Positions 1 through 12,499 of a stretch of DNA of 64,000 nt are shown one piece after another. Origin of the DNA: Polymyxa betae A26-41 (lineage: Eukaryota; Protista; Endomyxa: Phytomyxea); NCBI GenBank assembly GCA_003693705.1, contig RBZT01000313.1:1-64000 (forward strand). The letters run 5' to 3'. The translations under genes were made by a program, and so were the position numbers. The notes beneath the pieces are model-generated. The model was not told the DNA's origin, ran no database searches, and was given only the letters and a program-made list of their open reading frames with translations. Within the stretch, counting starts at the first letter, position 1. Every line of letters begins with the position of its first letter.

Positions 1-12
1 GTTGTTTGTTGT

Positions 13-174
13 TCATTCTTTCTGGCAGTGGTCGCAGAAATATTTTTGAAGTTTTTCTTTATATCTTTTATCATATTCTTTCTTTTTGTCTTTGTTGTTT
101 TGGTAATGGCATTTATTACAGATATTTTTACTTCTCATTTTGTTTTCTGTTGAATTACAAAATTTACATTTCAT
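13..174 (-). CDS. Small Lys-rich, three-CxxC protein of viral style (Polinton-like virus/virophage/NCLDV-like); possibly truncated by a premature TGA
   Basis: Manual translation MKCKFCNSTENKMRSKNICNKCHYQNNKDKKKEYDKRYKEKLQKYFCDHCQKE*. Extremely AT-rich, intronless, preceded by AAAAAAATGAAAATTATAATAATAAA. Confidence 0.55.
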   Translation of the reverse strand: MKCKFCNSTENKMRSKNICNKCHYQNNKDKKKEYDKRYKEKLQKYFCDHCQKE

Positions 175-403
175 TTTATTATTATAATTTTCATTTTTTT
201 TAAATAATTTTTGAAAATCCTATATTTTTATAAATTATCATAAATTTACAAAGATTCGTCGAAAAATAAGGTTATTGGGTGTTATAACGTGGATTATTGA
301 GGTTTTTGTATGGGAAAAAATGGATTTTTAAAATCCGTTCTCCAAACCACCATACTGGGTGTGCTGCTATTAGGGGTCATCAAAGTTAGGTATTGGCGGA
401 ATT

Positions 404-474
404 TTAGATTCGAATCTCCGTGGTTGAATCTCAAATCTAAAATAAAGATTCGGTCCACGGAGATTCGCATCTAA
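404..474. repeat. Inverted repeat/hairpin (20-bp arms, 1 mismatch), with weaker outer arms at about 366-381 and 476-490
   Basis: TTAGATTCGAATCTCCGTGG (404-423) versus CCACGGAGATTCGCATCTAA (455-474). Confidence 0.85.
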
Positions 475-597
475 CGATACCCCCTATTGCTTAGTTGGTT
501 TTTAAACCGATACAAAAATGTGCTCCGGCTCCTCTCGAGTCGTTCTTCAACATTCCCCAGGGCATCCTCATATCCCCAGTAGTTTAAGCGCTTCTTA

Positions 598-1020
598 GTG
601 GTATCCCGAAAACCCCTCAAAAATCCTCAGCATCAGCGTGACTCGAACTCCTTAGTTGATTCCCAAACCGATACAGGCTTTACCATCAACGAATGGACAG
701 CAACATGCATTATCGGCTCCCCAAGCTATAGAATGAATCGTCAAATTTTTACAGTTCACGATTTTTGGAGAGAGTGGAGCACCGCGATCGGCAACGGCCC
801 TTCAGTAAAGGCTATGGAGGATACATGGGGATCGAAATGGCGGCAAAATCAAACCGAAACCCGATTCTTCAACATTATCGATGAAGTAACCCGAATAGTC
901 AAAGATGTGGGTGTAACCGTTGAGGAAGCCGTCAGAATTCTTGATGGAGAAATGAAGGCATCGAAAAAGTCGCTAAACTGGCTCCAGAAACAAATTAGTT
1001 CGAGAGCTGCCTCCTGCTGA
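598..1020 (+). mobile_element. GCR1_C-domain ORF fragment, probable Crypton (tyrosine-recombinase transposon) 3' remnant
   Basis: YRMNRQIFTVHDFWREW..G.GPSVKAME..WGSKWR matches the GCR1_C pattern found at the C-terminus of CryptonF proteins. No ATG-led full ORF and no recombinase domain upstream. Confidence 0.7.
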
Positions 1021-1984
1021 TTCTAGAGTCTCTCTAATTCTGTAAAACATTTTCACATTCTTGCCTTGATCCACCCGAATGGTTGGTTGCAGATTCCATA
1101 CCAATATGTACGTGGCATGCTGGCTGAATATCGATATTCTCGATCCGGGAAAAGTTAGGTGAGACTGAGGCCTAACGGAAATCAGCGTAAAAAACTGCGC
1201 CAGAGCTAACAACTTTCGGTCCTAAAATGGCTGGGGACCCATACGATGACTGTGTTTTTATCTGTTAGAACATTTAACTAAGATTTTCTCTAACGCGAGC
1301 GTTCTGTTTTCGACTTCCCATAACTACTTCTATTTCTGAATATCACATGACCGGGAATCTTCTAGCCCTGTACCTGCAGTGGTTGTGTCTACTGATCCAA
1401 CAAATATGAGATAAGAAAACTGAATAAAACATTTTAGGGATAACCCTTAAGGTGTATGTACAGTATATCAGTATATGCGAGAAAACTAAACATGCTGAAA
1501 ACCTCCAATATTAGGCACACGGATTTTGTCCAATCAAGCAAAACGTGAACCTTTGAATAGAAGGCATATTTTAGGTTATCTGGAGTATAGGATATATGCG
1601 TTATTATTATATGGATAGGGTACTGTAGGTTGAAATCACCAATATATCTTCACCCCTTCAATATGCAACATGTATGACTATCAGTGTATTTGGTAAATGG
1701 TATTAATATTGCCCCTAAGATCTCGTCCACGATATTTCCGTACTTCCGGATGCCGGAACAGTGACTCGCGCAGTTTCCGCCACATCACGCGGGTTTCCGC
1801 CTCCACTGGTCCCACCAGTGGCGATTTGGCCCTCTAGGGTTTCCCTCAGTGGCGTTAGGGTTTCGCACGGGCAGTTTCCCATGGATCAATCTGACTGTCC
1901 CGGTGTCCCCCCATACCTCTCCCTCCTCTTCCGGTCAACTGTGAATCGTCCTTCTCTCTCATTCTAAATCATTCATTTATCGCC

Positions 1985-3336
1985 ATGGTTATCATCGTTG
2001 GTGTATTGATCGCTGCCCTACTTCATCATCTATCCAAAACCACCATTCTACACCCATTCAAGATCGCCAAGTTCGCCCTCGTTTGCTTCTGTCTGGTTGC
2101 AGCCGTCTTCAGCCAACAAGTCAACGTGACATGCGACAACAAGCCCTTCATCAAAACAGGTGACAATTTCTATTCATTGTTATGAACGGGTTCATTAACC
2201 ATTATAGGCAACGCCTCCTTCGACAAGTTGCCTTTCATGGCGCGAGATTTTCAACAGCTTTCGCAACAAATCAGTCCGCAATCGCCGCTGCTACTGTTCG
2301 TGCGTCATGGCGAATCCGAGAACAATGCGAGCCCTGTATTTAATCAATTATTGATTAAGATGCAGGCATCACTTGATAACAATTCCGTCTCTCATCTCAG
2401 TACAGCTGAACGTCTGCAGTTCTTTGATTCGGATTTAAGCGCCACGGTCTGCTATATTATATAATCTGTAAATATGATTAACTCTGTAATCAGGGAACAG
2501 AAGAGGTTGATGAGTTACGACAACAAGTGGCCGAGTCTGAATGGAGTCCGTTTCTGGCACAGACTCGCAACGTTCAGTATATTTCCAGTACTCTCTCTCG
2601 AGCAATCCGTACGGGGTTACGTGCATTCCCGGACGCCATTTTCACTATCGATGATGGCCTCCGCGAACGTTTTTTCCCTTTGGGTCCATCACTCCGACGA
2701 AGTATTAGCTCTAAATTAACAATGTATGTTAATATTATGATAACGGATTGAGTCTGTCCCCTCCCCCCCCCCCCTTAATCCATTACAGCAATGGTGTTCA
2801 ATACGAATCAATTCGGGACGAATTTCACCAGTATGCTGCAATGATCCGTTTCCAGAGGTCAGATACAAAATTCTTTTCATTTTGACATTGGTTCTGCGTC
2901 GTTTGCTTTCGCCGTTCTGGACCAGGGGTTGACAAATTCTGTTCAGAGCCAAGCATCACAGCGCCTGCATCGTTGATCGATTCGGATATGATAGGTGCGG
3001 TTTAGAATTGTCACAATGATGGCATTTAATTGTCATATTTGCAGTAATATCGATCCACTTCTGCCATTAACATCGGTTGAGAACGTCACAGATTTCAATA
3101 ATCGTGTGTTACAATGGCTGGATCAACTACGTCCTAATAATGATGTATCTATTGGATCTGATCATCCTCAAGTATATGTTATAGTATCACATGGTCTATT
3201 TATCACTTCTGTTCTGCAACAATTCGGACTTTATAAAGACAACAACACGGCCTTCCAAGTTGGCAACGCCCTCATGATCCCAGTCATGCTGGAATTCGGG
3301 TCGGAATCGTCCCGCCGTACTGGCTCTTCCGATTGA
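1985..3336 (+). CDS. Histidine phosphatase (phosphoglycerate mutase-like) protein with hydrophobic N-terminus; multi-exon
   Basis: LLFVRHGES, SSTLSRAIRT, GLRE and VIVSHG motifs joined across GT-AG introns. Confidence 0.85.
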
Positions 3337-3405
3337 TCTACCCCCTTTCCATATATATATTCATTGAGGTTCATCTTGATTCGCGCTCAATTCTGTAGCA
3401 ATATC

Positions 3406-3426
3406 GTTAGGGTTAGGGTTTTAGGG
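3406..3426 (+). repeat. Interstitial telomere-like array GTTAGGGTTAGGGTTTTAGGG
   Basis: Directly visible: TTAGGG x2 plus TTTTAGGG. Confidence 0.85.
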
Positions 3427-3434
3427 AACAGTTG

Positions 3435-3874
3435 ATGTTGCACTACGCATCCGGATACGACGTCCCGGGGAATTCGTCCACGCCAAAGCCCAGCATCTCC
3501 AAATCCGTGTCCGGATCGAGATCCGAAATCGTCATGGAAGAACGCACAAACGAACGTCAGAATCGTGGTGAGTGCTAGGACCAGATTGTCCAATGAGTCT
3601 AGCGTGGAACAGAGAGGCGGGAACCTGTTCTGTTAACCGGAACGCAATCGAGACGAATAACGATCAGGAAATACAGGCAGCAAATGTCGCGGAAAACGAA
3701 ATTGAAAGAAATTTCGGTAGGACGAGACGCGGAAACCCAAGTCACGGCTTCATACTGACAGATGGACTTACATACAACATATTCGATATGACCAATGGAC
3801 CAGTACAGGATTATTGTAGATCCCGGATTCAGACAGGATACGTCCGACGACGGCGCCGGGAAATACGGCCTTGA
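3435..3874 (+). CDS. Possible small hypothetical protein (2 exons)
   Basis: ATG 3435 just after the telomere-like array. A GTGAGT donor and a 35-nt intron would join it to the 3572-3874 ORF. No recognisable domain. Confidence 0.25.
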
Positions 3875-4272
3875 ACGGTTGCAGGTCGGCGGCCCGTCCA
3901 AATCCGCCAGGAACCGGATCTGGTGCCTGAGTGTGAATTCGTAGATATGATGCAGGAACAGAAGCTCATTGGCGACATCGCCTTGAAAATGGTTTGGAGA
4001 TGGGAACTGTAGTATAGTTGCATCTAGCACAATAATGGCGATATTGTCTACATACATGATAGCTACTTGATGTCTTCTGTTTATTTGACTTCATCTGATT
4101 GAGTAGCCTAATCAGTAATCAGTACGTACATTATTGAAGGAAATATGATTCATGTTGATAGGTTGATTATTGTCAAAACCATTATCAGTTTAAACATCAA
4201 TTTTGAAGGATACGTCAGCGGTATTCATCTATACATTGTTTGATTATAATAATGCAACTCTCTTATTGCTGC

Positions 4273-5059
4273 TTAGCCGAGTGCCTTCACATAGAGCTTG
4301 TAAAATCCTGCCGACGCCGACAGTAAGCCGAATAGGGCGATATTCCCTTTCGATGTGTTTAAATGTAAAGCATATGACGAAGCCACTCCAACATCACCAA
4401 ACATCTTCCACAATCCGACCCAGATCATGGCTTTTTTCAGCTGCAGTTTTTGCATTTCAAAAAGAGTGCTGCTCTGATCTTGCCCTTCAAAGCTTATCAT
4501 ATCAACAGCTTTCAGAACCTTAATTTGACTGGATACATGATATAATTGGACAACAAGTACAAAGATATCAAAGAAGCAGCTTAAAAACCAAACTCGATCA
4601 GCCCACATCTCTGAGAAACTGGTTATGGAGGCAGATAGAAACCCCAGATTCCCCATGAATGCAACATCATCGAGAATATCGTTACAGTTGCCAATCCAGT
4701 TGTTAATATAGTTAGCTAGACCGACTGGATTAGTTGTATATGGTGAATCTCTTATAGAAGGCCATGAATATGTGCATTTGCCCAGACGAATCACTTTACG
4801 ACTAGATGACATTACTTTAATGGCAGCAAGTAATCTTTGTTCTGTATCTTTGTTGATCGCTGCTTGCTTCAAAGTCGACGCATAGTGTATAAATCTAAGC
4901 GAATACTGTAAAATCTATAACAGAGATCAGTCTACAATATTATTGCAACAACAAGCTATACTTGACTTTGGCTGCTTTATCAGTTCCATCAGTCTGTAGA
5001 AGGACTGTAGCAATAGGTCTAGTCCACGACAAGGCTTTGCTGGATGACGATGGTGCCAT
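4273..5059 (-). CDS. PEX11: Peroxisomal biogenesis factor 11
   Basis: TDGTDKAAK|ILQYSLR, SSSRKVIRLGK and C-terminal GLLSASAG; one intron. Confidence 0.85.
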
Positions 5060-5675
5060 AATCAATCAACAATAAGAGAGTATGAGAGTGAGATGATTGA
5101 TATCATATAAAGACACATCACAGAGAGACAGAGAGAGAAAGTAACCCTCTTTCCAACTTGTCATAAAATACAGATAATCTAGTTATGGTACAGTATCGGA
5201 CATCTATTAACGCGACATATTTGTTTGGGTGTTACGGATATTTGGAAACACAAAACTGGACAAAAGATGCATAGATCGGCAGGATTCGATCAAAGGAATG
5301 GACAATATAGACAGGATTTCGTCCTTTATTCAGACTGGTTTATTGCCTTATTCACGTATAATCACGTATCATTGCATATCCAATCCAGATTCAGATATTT
5401 GACCCTATCATAAGCAATGGGAATGGCCTATGAGAATGGAGTTGACAGCTGATATACACCCAGTAGCAACTCGTAGCCTATAATCGGTAATGGGCAGAGA
5501 TGATGGTCAGTTAGTCCTGGCTCGGGTAGAAGCTACACGCCTGGATCGATGAAATGAAATCGTCTGTGATTGCCAGTCACGTGCTAACCTCTACTGCAGT
5601 TCCATTTATCAAATCATTGATCTCATCATATTCCATTTCCACCTTATTTAACCTCAATTGTATTAGTTTACAATC

Positions 5676-7048
5676 ATGGTGAAAATCATCAAGCCTTCTC
5701 ATACAAACGATAAGCAACCTGGTGATAATGCCCCAGATGATGTATGCTTAAAAACATGTATGGGTGAAGTACAAGCTGGGGAACCAGACCATATTATTGA
5801 AGGTGATGATATTGAACGAAGAACAATATTTATCGGTGATATCCCTTATAATGCTGATGAGGTAAATTGTCTCCATATTCTATTATATAGATAGTTTCAG
5901 TGTATTGTAGAATCAATTACGAGCTATATTTGGTAGATATGGATCTATTGAGAGTGCTCATATAAAACGTGACAAAATCACCAAGAAACATCTCGGTTAT
6001 GGTTTCATCACCTTTGCAAGACGTTCCGAAGCTTCAGCAGCATTTGACCAAAAAGGTGGATCTAAATCAATCAGTTCTGCCATTTTTAATTCGTTGAAGC
6101 AATCGGCGAGCATGAGATTCGTGTTGGGTGGGCAAGAAAAAACCAGACCTTGGTAATTTCGAATCCAGGAGCAGCAGGCGGCCTGGATGAAATTCTAGCT
6201 CATGCTGGATGTAGTGATGATGTTCAATCAACACATTTTAGTGAGGGTGGACATTGTACGATCAGATTTTTATCCAGACAAGCAGCTGAGCAATTTCGAA
6301 AGAAAATCAATGGAATGGTAATTGCTGAAGGTAGAGATCCATGTCTTATTTCATGGTCTAATACGAATTTTAATAACGTCCATATTCATTTCGGGAAGGT
6401 AATCAATTGTATTCAATCTTTCATATCAACAATTAAGTCAGACCAGGATCACTCTATAACAGTTCAAGATCTGCTGATGGCCTTCTCACGATTTGGTCCA
6501 GTCGAGAAGATTGTTTTGCCACGAACAGAAACGGGAGAATGTAAAGGATTTGGGTTCGTTTATTATCCATATGGCGAGAAAGGTGAACGTAGTGCTGCAG
6601 AAGCTATTCGAACTATGAATGGAGCATGCCTTCGTAATGGTTCAGTTCCTGTTATATGTAATTATGGACACCGAGCTCGAACTCGTCCTGCTCTGTCTAG
6701 ATATTTAAACAAAGGCCATGGGCTTAATCAGGTCGGTATTGATAGTATATCTAGATATTGTTTTCTAGGTAGTAAACCTGGAATCAGATTGAGGGAGAGA
6801 CGGGCTTTGATGGTGAATATTTAAGACCAGGATCAGTATATGGTCCATATCCATATTATGATGGCAACAATCGAATGTTGATTATCCCAGCAACATATAT
6901 GCAGTCTGTATATCCAATTATGCATGCTGCTATGTATGAATCAGGCATGTCGCCTGGACTTCATCATATAGAATATCAGGCTGCAGCGGCAACTAATTCT
7001 CATACCAATGCTTTTCCTGGATGTGAAGACAATAACGAAGGTATATAA
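5676..7048 (+). CDS. Multi-RRM RNA-binding protein; 3' end approximate
   Basis: RNP2 IFIGDIP, RNP1 LGYGFITF and KGFGFVYY; several short introns. Confidence 0.8.
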
Positions 7049-7214
7049 ATATGAATACAATTGAATTGGTATATTTGTTGGATGGATATTGATAGCCGTC
7101 ATATTCAATATATATTCAATGTTAGCAATCACTGGTACTAGATCTCTATCATTAGTCTTTCAATTATGTAGAAATTCATTATACTCTTCATACCGCTTTA
7201 TATCATCGTCTTCA

Positions 7215-8192
7215 ATGGATTCAGTCATGGACATGTTCACGTCAACTTCTGAACTTGACCAACAACGGCAAAGTTCGCGAAAGAAAAAAAACAAGCAACC
7301 ACGAAACCTTCAGAATGTGGCTTGGGTTAAGCTTGATAGGATCTCGATTCTAAATGTAAATGCAGAGCAAATGGAGATCTATTCCCGATCAACCATATTC
7401 TCATTTCATCAGTGTACCTCTTAACTCAATCACAAGCCAAGAGTCATTTAACAAGCTGAAAGCATCAATTCTGGAACGGTGCTGAATAGCCTATCTATAA
7501 TACCTATAGTCATATCCATAATATCTGTCTGTTAATAGGTTTGCTGGATCAATTCGGGATTTAGATGAGACTATCTTTGTTAAGGCATCAAGACTACATT
7601 TAACTTTACTCATGTTAAGGGGACTTACTGATTCAACTCGAATGAATCAGGTGAAGTCATTGTTAAATTCCATACAACCTGAAATACAACGAATAACAGG
7701 TTCTATATCTATAGCTGATCATTGTCGATAATGCTGATTTCTAACTTATTAGGTAATTTACCATTACATCTCCAATTAAAAGGGCTGGCAACGATGCAGG
7801 AAAAAAAGCCACATAAATCTCATGTTGTTTATGCAACTGTAGAAGAGACCGATCATCTGTTTGTTTTACGACAAATAACTAATCTGATTATATCGACATT
7901 GTCCAAAGCCGAGCTGGTCCTAGATCACGATCTAAAGAATTCTATCAATCGTTCAGGTGATATCGATGTTAAATATCACTGCACTATCATCAATACTCGA
8001 CATCGAATTAATTCTCGACGACATCGAAGGCCAATCAATGCCATACCAATCCTAGAGAATTTTGGGGTCGATGGTTTCAAAGCCTCCGAATCTATCTTTA
8101 TGATCCATTTGTCTTCGCTGGAGAAGGGTGATGAGCAGCAGTACTACAGTATGTCAATCCGTTTAGTTGGTTCCTTGGTTGAAGCGTGCTGA
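7215..8192 (+). CDS. 2H phosphoesterase, AKAP7/ASCC1-like (no KH domain seen)
   Basis: YSHFISVPL, LHLTLLML and YHCTIINTR give two intact HxT motifs. Confidence 0.8.
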
Positions 8193-8541
8193 TTAGACTG
8201 TGACCACATTGTTAATCTAGTTGATCAACTTGAACTAAACACAAGCTGTGAGATGCAGCAGGAGATATGTTTTGGGATTGATTCTGCAGATAATACTGCT
8301 GGTACGAAAGCAGAATTGTATTTCATAAATATGGATTAGTAATGTGTAATGGATATAAAGAGTTAATAGAGGAGAGGTGCAGCAGCCACATCTGTCTCTT
8401 ACTAACTCTCTATTAATCTATATACTCATATATAGTAGTGTATTATCTCTCATATTAAGACAAACATCCTCCTATCTTTAGTACACATAGTGCGGTCTTA
8501 ATCAGTTTCGATCTGGGCTTGCGATCTTCTACACATCAATC

Positions 8542-8928
8542 ATGACAGAATCAAATGAGAAGTCGCCCACATCGACCCCCGTCCCTGCCGAATCACGTCT
8601 CAACACGACCTGGGATGCCTGCATCGAGCAAGCCATCGTGAAAACTGGCTATGGTCTAGCTATTGGTGGGCTATCTGCCTTCGTTCTATTTCGTAAGTTG
8701 TAGGCGATTGTTCAGAAACTGATTGTTGACATCGGAGAATCAGGATCCCCAACATCACGATCTCTAATAGCTGGACTCGGAGCCGGTTTTGGCGCCGGCT
8801 TATCTTATAACGATTGCAAAGGATTGCTTTGCCAGCGAGGCCTGACTGGATCCAAAACATGTCCAATGACCAATAAATGTCCTGCTTCTGATACCCCAAA
8901 AGATACTCCGGCTCCAGAAGCCAAATGA
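8542..8928 (+). CDS. MIC10: MICOS complex subunit Mic10
   Basis: WDACIEQAIVKTGYGLAIGGLSAFVLF|R..GLGAGFGAGLSYNDC with GxGxG motifs; one intron at about 8693-8743. Confidence 0.9.
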
Positions 8929-9104
8929 ATTAATAAATGACGATAATATCCAATGTCTTAATTCGATATCTTCATTGACATTGGTCTATAAGTTTATATT
9001 GAGAGAAGGATTACTATTAAGGATATGTTACAATATATTGATGTCTTAATACATAGTTATATAGTGTGCACTATACATATAGTCTATATAACACATTCAA
9101 TGAC

Positions 9105-10851
9105 ATGTCATCAGCAGATCCAGATTCAGATCAGTTCTCTATCATTCCTGACAAATTAGATCAACCTCTAAAACCAATTGCACCACCTCTTTTCATTGGT
9201 ATGAGAATACGTCAATGGCAGGCTCAGAATCCAATTGCTTTCACTTTGGTTCTGCCATTTATCATGATATTCGCCCTAATCACAATTATTTGGACATTGT
9301 TGATGAATCGACGGATTGTTTCTATTCTTCATATTGTATTGCCTTTAGTGGCTATCACTAATGTTAATGAAGGATGGATTATATTGATATGTATTATTAG
9401 ATGTATTATATTTGAAATAACTAATTATTTCCTCATATATCCATCACATCTACGTAGAATTCTATCTATTCTACTAAGTGCTATTCAGACTGAACTTTTA
9501 ATACGTTTGGATTCTCTCTATACTACTTCTATGTCAAAATCAACTATATTGGCATTAATAACATGTTGGTTAATGTTTATGGGAGAAATCTGGGTCTGGA
9601 CTTCTGAACGACATCTTCAACTTACAGAACAAAAGTTCTTATCGTTGAATATGAAATCCACAAGCAAATGTATTGAAGTTGCTGGAATATCAACATTAAT
9701 TGTTAATCGTGATACAATATCTACTGGTAAACCAATACTTGTATGTTGTCATGGATATGGATCTGGTAAAGCATTATATGGATCATCATTAGATATATTA
9801 TCTCAATATTGTCAAGTATATTGTATTGATTGGCTTGGGTATATATCTGTTAGATGGTCGTTAGAGTATCTAATGTCCTTATAGGTTTGGAAGAAGTTCG
9901 AGGAAGAAGAGACTTCATGATGCAACTGTCGAAGGAACCGAGAAGTATTTCATAGATTCATTAGAAGAATGGAGAATACAGATGGGAATTGATAAATTCT
10001 ATTTATTAGGCCATTCAATGGTAATATTTATATTGATTATCTCATATAAATATTATCAAGATGATTGATGGTTTAGGGTGGTTATCTATGTGCTGCTTAT
10101 GCATTACATTATCCTGAACGTATACATCATCTATTCTTAATATCACCTGTTGGTCTACCTGATATACAAACAACACGACAGTTTCAGAGATCTGTACTCT
10201 GGGCCTTCCTTATGAAACTTTGGGTTTGTATTATCTATTGATATATGTATACGATGAAGTAACAGATTGTAAGATAGGATTGCGGAATAACTCCAATATC
10301 TTTATGGAGATTAGTTGGTCCATTTGGTACATTGGTATTAAGATATGCATGTTGGATAAGATATGGATCTATTATGACACGTGCTGAATCTGATGCTACT
10401 GCTGATTATATCTATCATTTAAATGCTGGACCATTAGTTGGAGATATTGCTATATCACGTTTATTACATAATGGAATCTGGCCTAGATTACCATTAGGAC
10501 CACGTTTATCTCGACTACGTTCAGTTCCATTAACATTCATGTATGGAATGGAAGATTGGATGGATCGAGCCTATGCTAGTGTTGTAGCTGATCATAGAAA
10601 ACAATATCATGATTCAGCACATTGTCGAATATATATTGTACCAGATGCTGGACATCAGGTATGTAATATTATATTATTGTCTATTTACTAACTATATTTC
10701 TGTGTAGGTGTTTGTTATGAATCCAACTGCTTTCACTAAAGCTGTATTACATGATGCATTTCAAATCGGGACTGATCAGTTTAAAGCTGTATCTGATGAT
10801 AATATTGTGTATTTTATTGAGAGACATTCAGGTGACGACAATACTCAGTAA
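9105..10851 (+). CDS. Alpha/beta hydrolase of ABHD4/ABHD5 (CGI-58/Ict1/Cld1) type with N-terminal multi-TM extension
   Basis: HGYGSG, IDWLG, GHSMGGYL, LISPVG, MYGMEDWMD and AGHQV motifs. Confidence 0.85.
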
Positions 10852-10938
10852 ACTGATGTAAATAGCAATGACTGAGAGTCACTTAATCATAGTTGATAGG
10901 CATGATATTCATATAACATTTACAGATAACAAATAGAT

Positions 10939-12358
10939 CTAATTCCGTTGATTTCTGTACATTCTTCTTTTCTTTTTAGGTTGAGATGTTTCAACAGTAG
11001 ATCGTTCAGCCTCCTTATGAGAATTCCAGTCAAATGATGTGTCTAGGATTGTGTTCACCATCCATCTTGCAAAATCATGATTAGTCTTGTCTAATACGAC
11101 AATTTCAGAGTAGATTTTGGTATTGACAAAATCTGTAACGTCCGATTCGAACTCGGCAAAATCGAGAGGTTTAAGATCGTGGCGGTCAGCAAATTTTAAG
11201 TTATAATCTCGAAATAATGGTCGTTGTAGGAATAAACCAGATGCTGGAGCTAGAGGTAATTTATACCTAATATACCAATTTAGATCATGATAGACATCAA
11301 CAAACAATATGATAATACAATTTTGTGGAATCAAACAGATCTCTTTGATACAGATGACATTGATCTAATACATTGTGATATATAGCAATACATGTACCAA
11401 TCATCTTTCGAATTTGGTTATATAGAAATGCCTGCATAAACAATCAGATTATAATCTCGTCATATTAAGATGTGTCGAACCTGGCCATGAATCTGAATTC
11501 GAATGAGATCGCCATCAGGACGATTAATAATGTCTGCTTGAAACTTGGTGATATATCGTTTAGCAGATGAATCAAAGGATGATGTTCCTGTAGTGAAATT
11601 ATGATAGCTGTTGGTGCCCAAGAATAATGACAAGATTGAGTTGAACCGATCAACGTCAATAGAATCTGTGTGTCGATTCTCAAGATTACAGATAGATTGG
11701 TTAATATCTGGAGTAGTATTGAGGGAGGTGCGATCTTCATCAGATAATTGATTTAACAGAAATCCAGGAAGGACATATTCATACTCACGAGATGTCGTCA
11801 TCAATTTCCTGCAACATTCACTTCAATATATGTCATTGATGGAAATCGATCTCTTTAATTACGAATGGAATGATTTAGTTACTCGAATACATCCATACAA
11901 TCGCACATCATCAGGTAGATGTGATTGAAGTTCTTGTATAAGATTGATATCATCAGATCTCATAGATTTCAGAGATATGACATTAATAGCAGCATGAACG
12001 CCTAATATAATGATATTATTACAATGAAATCATAAAGATGAAGAGATCAATGATAACCTTTATCAGTTCGAGATGATCTAGTCCATTGTACTTTCTGAAG
12101 TCCACCTTCATGATTATAATCAGCAATACATCCACATTTATGAAATCTATTATTCATGTGAATGAATGGATCTGCAAACAAGTCATTACAATACGCTTGT
12201 TCAAGAGCTTGTTCAACAGTTCTAACACCATCATTAAGCTGTAATCCAGAGAATTGACTGCCTAAATATCCAAATATAACAGCTATCTTCCTCTTGGCAG
12301 ATCTCTTCATATCTTCCTGAATTTCAGCAGATACTTGATCATTATTGCTACTCATCAT
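10939..12358 (-). CDS. PUS1: tRNA pseudouridine synthase (TruA/Pus1 family)
   Basis: FGYLGSQFSGLQ, SSRTDKGVHA, GTNSYHNFT, FLYNQIRKMIG and PLAPASGLFL. Confidence 0.9.
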
Positions 12359-12499
12359 TCAACAACAACAATAAATAACAATCTGTTTGTTGACCGAACT
12401 GCGCAAAATCCCAAATCGGTCCAATACAAAGAATAGTTGAAGAAGTTGAAGCGAATTTCTATTTAATTTAGTGTGAATAGAATGCAGATCATGCATAGT

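Noticed and set aside
6-203. Phe/Tyr-rich plus-strand ORF
   Set aside because: Antisense shadow of the Lys-rich minus-strand ORF 13-174.
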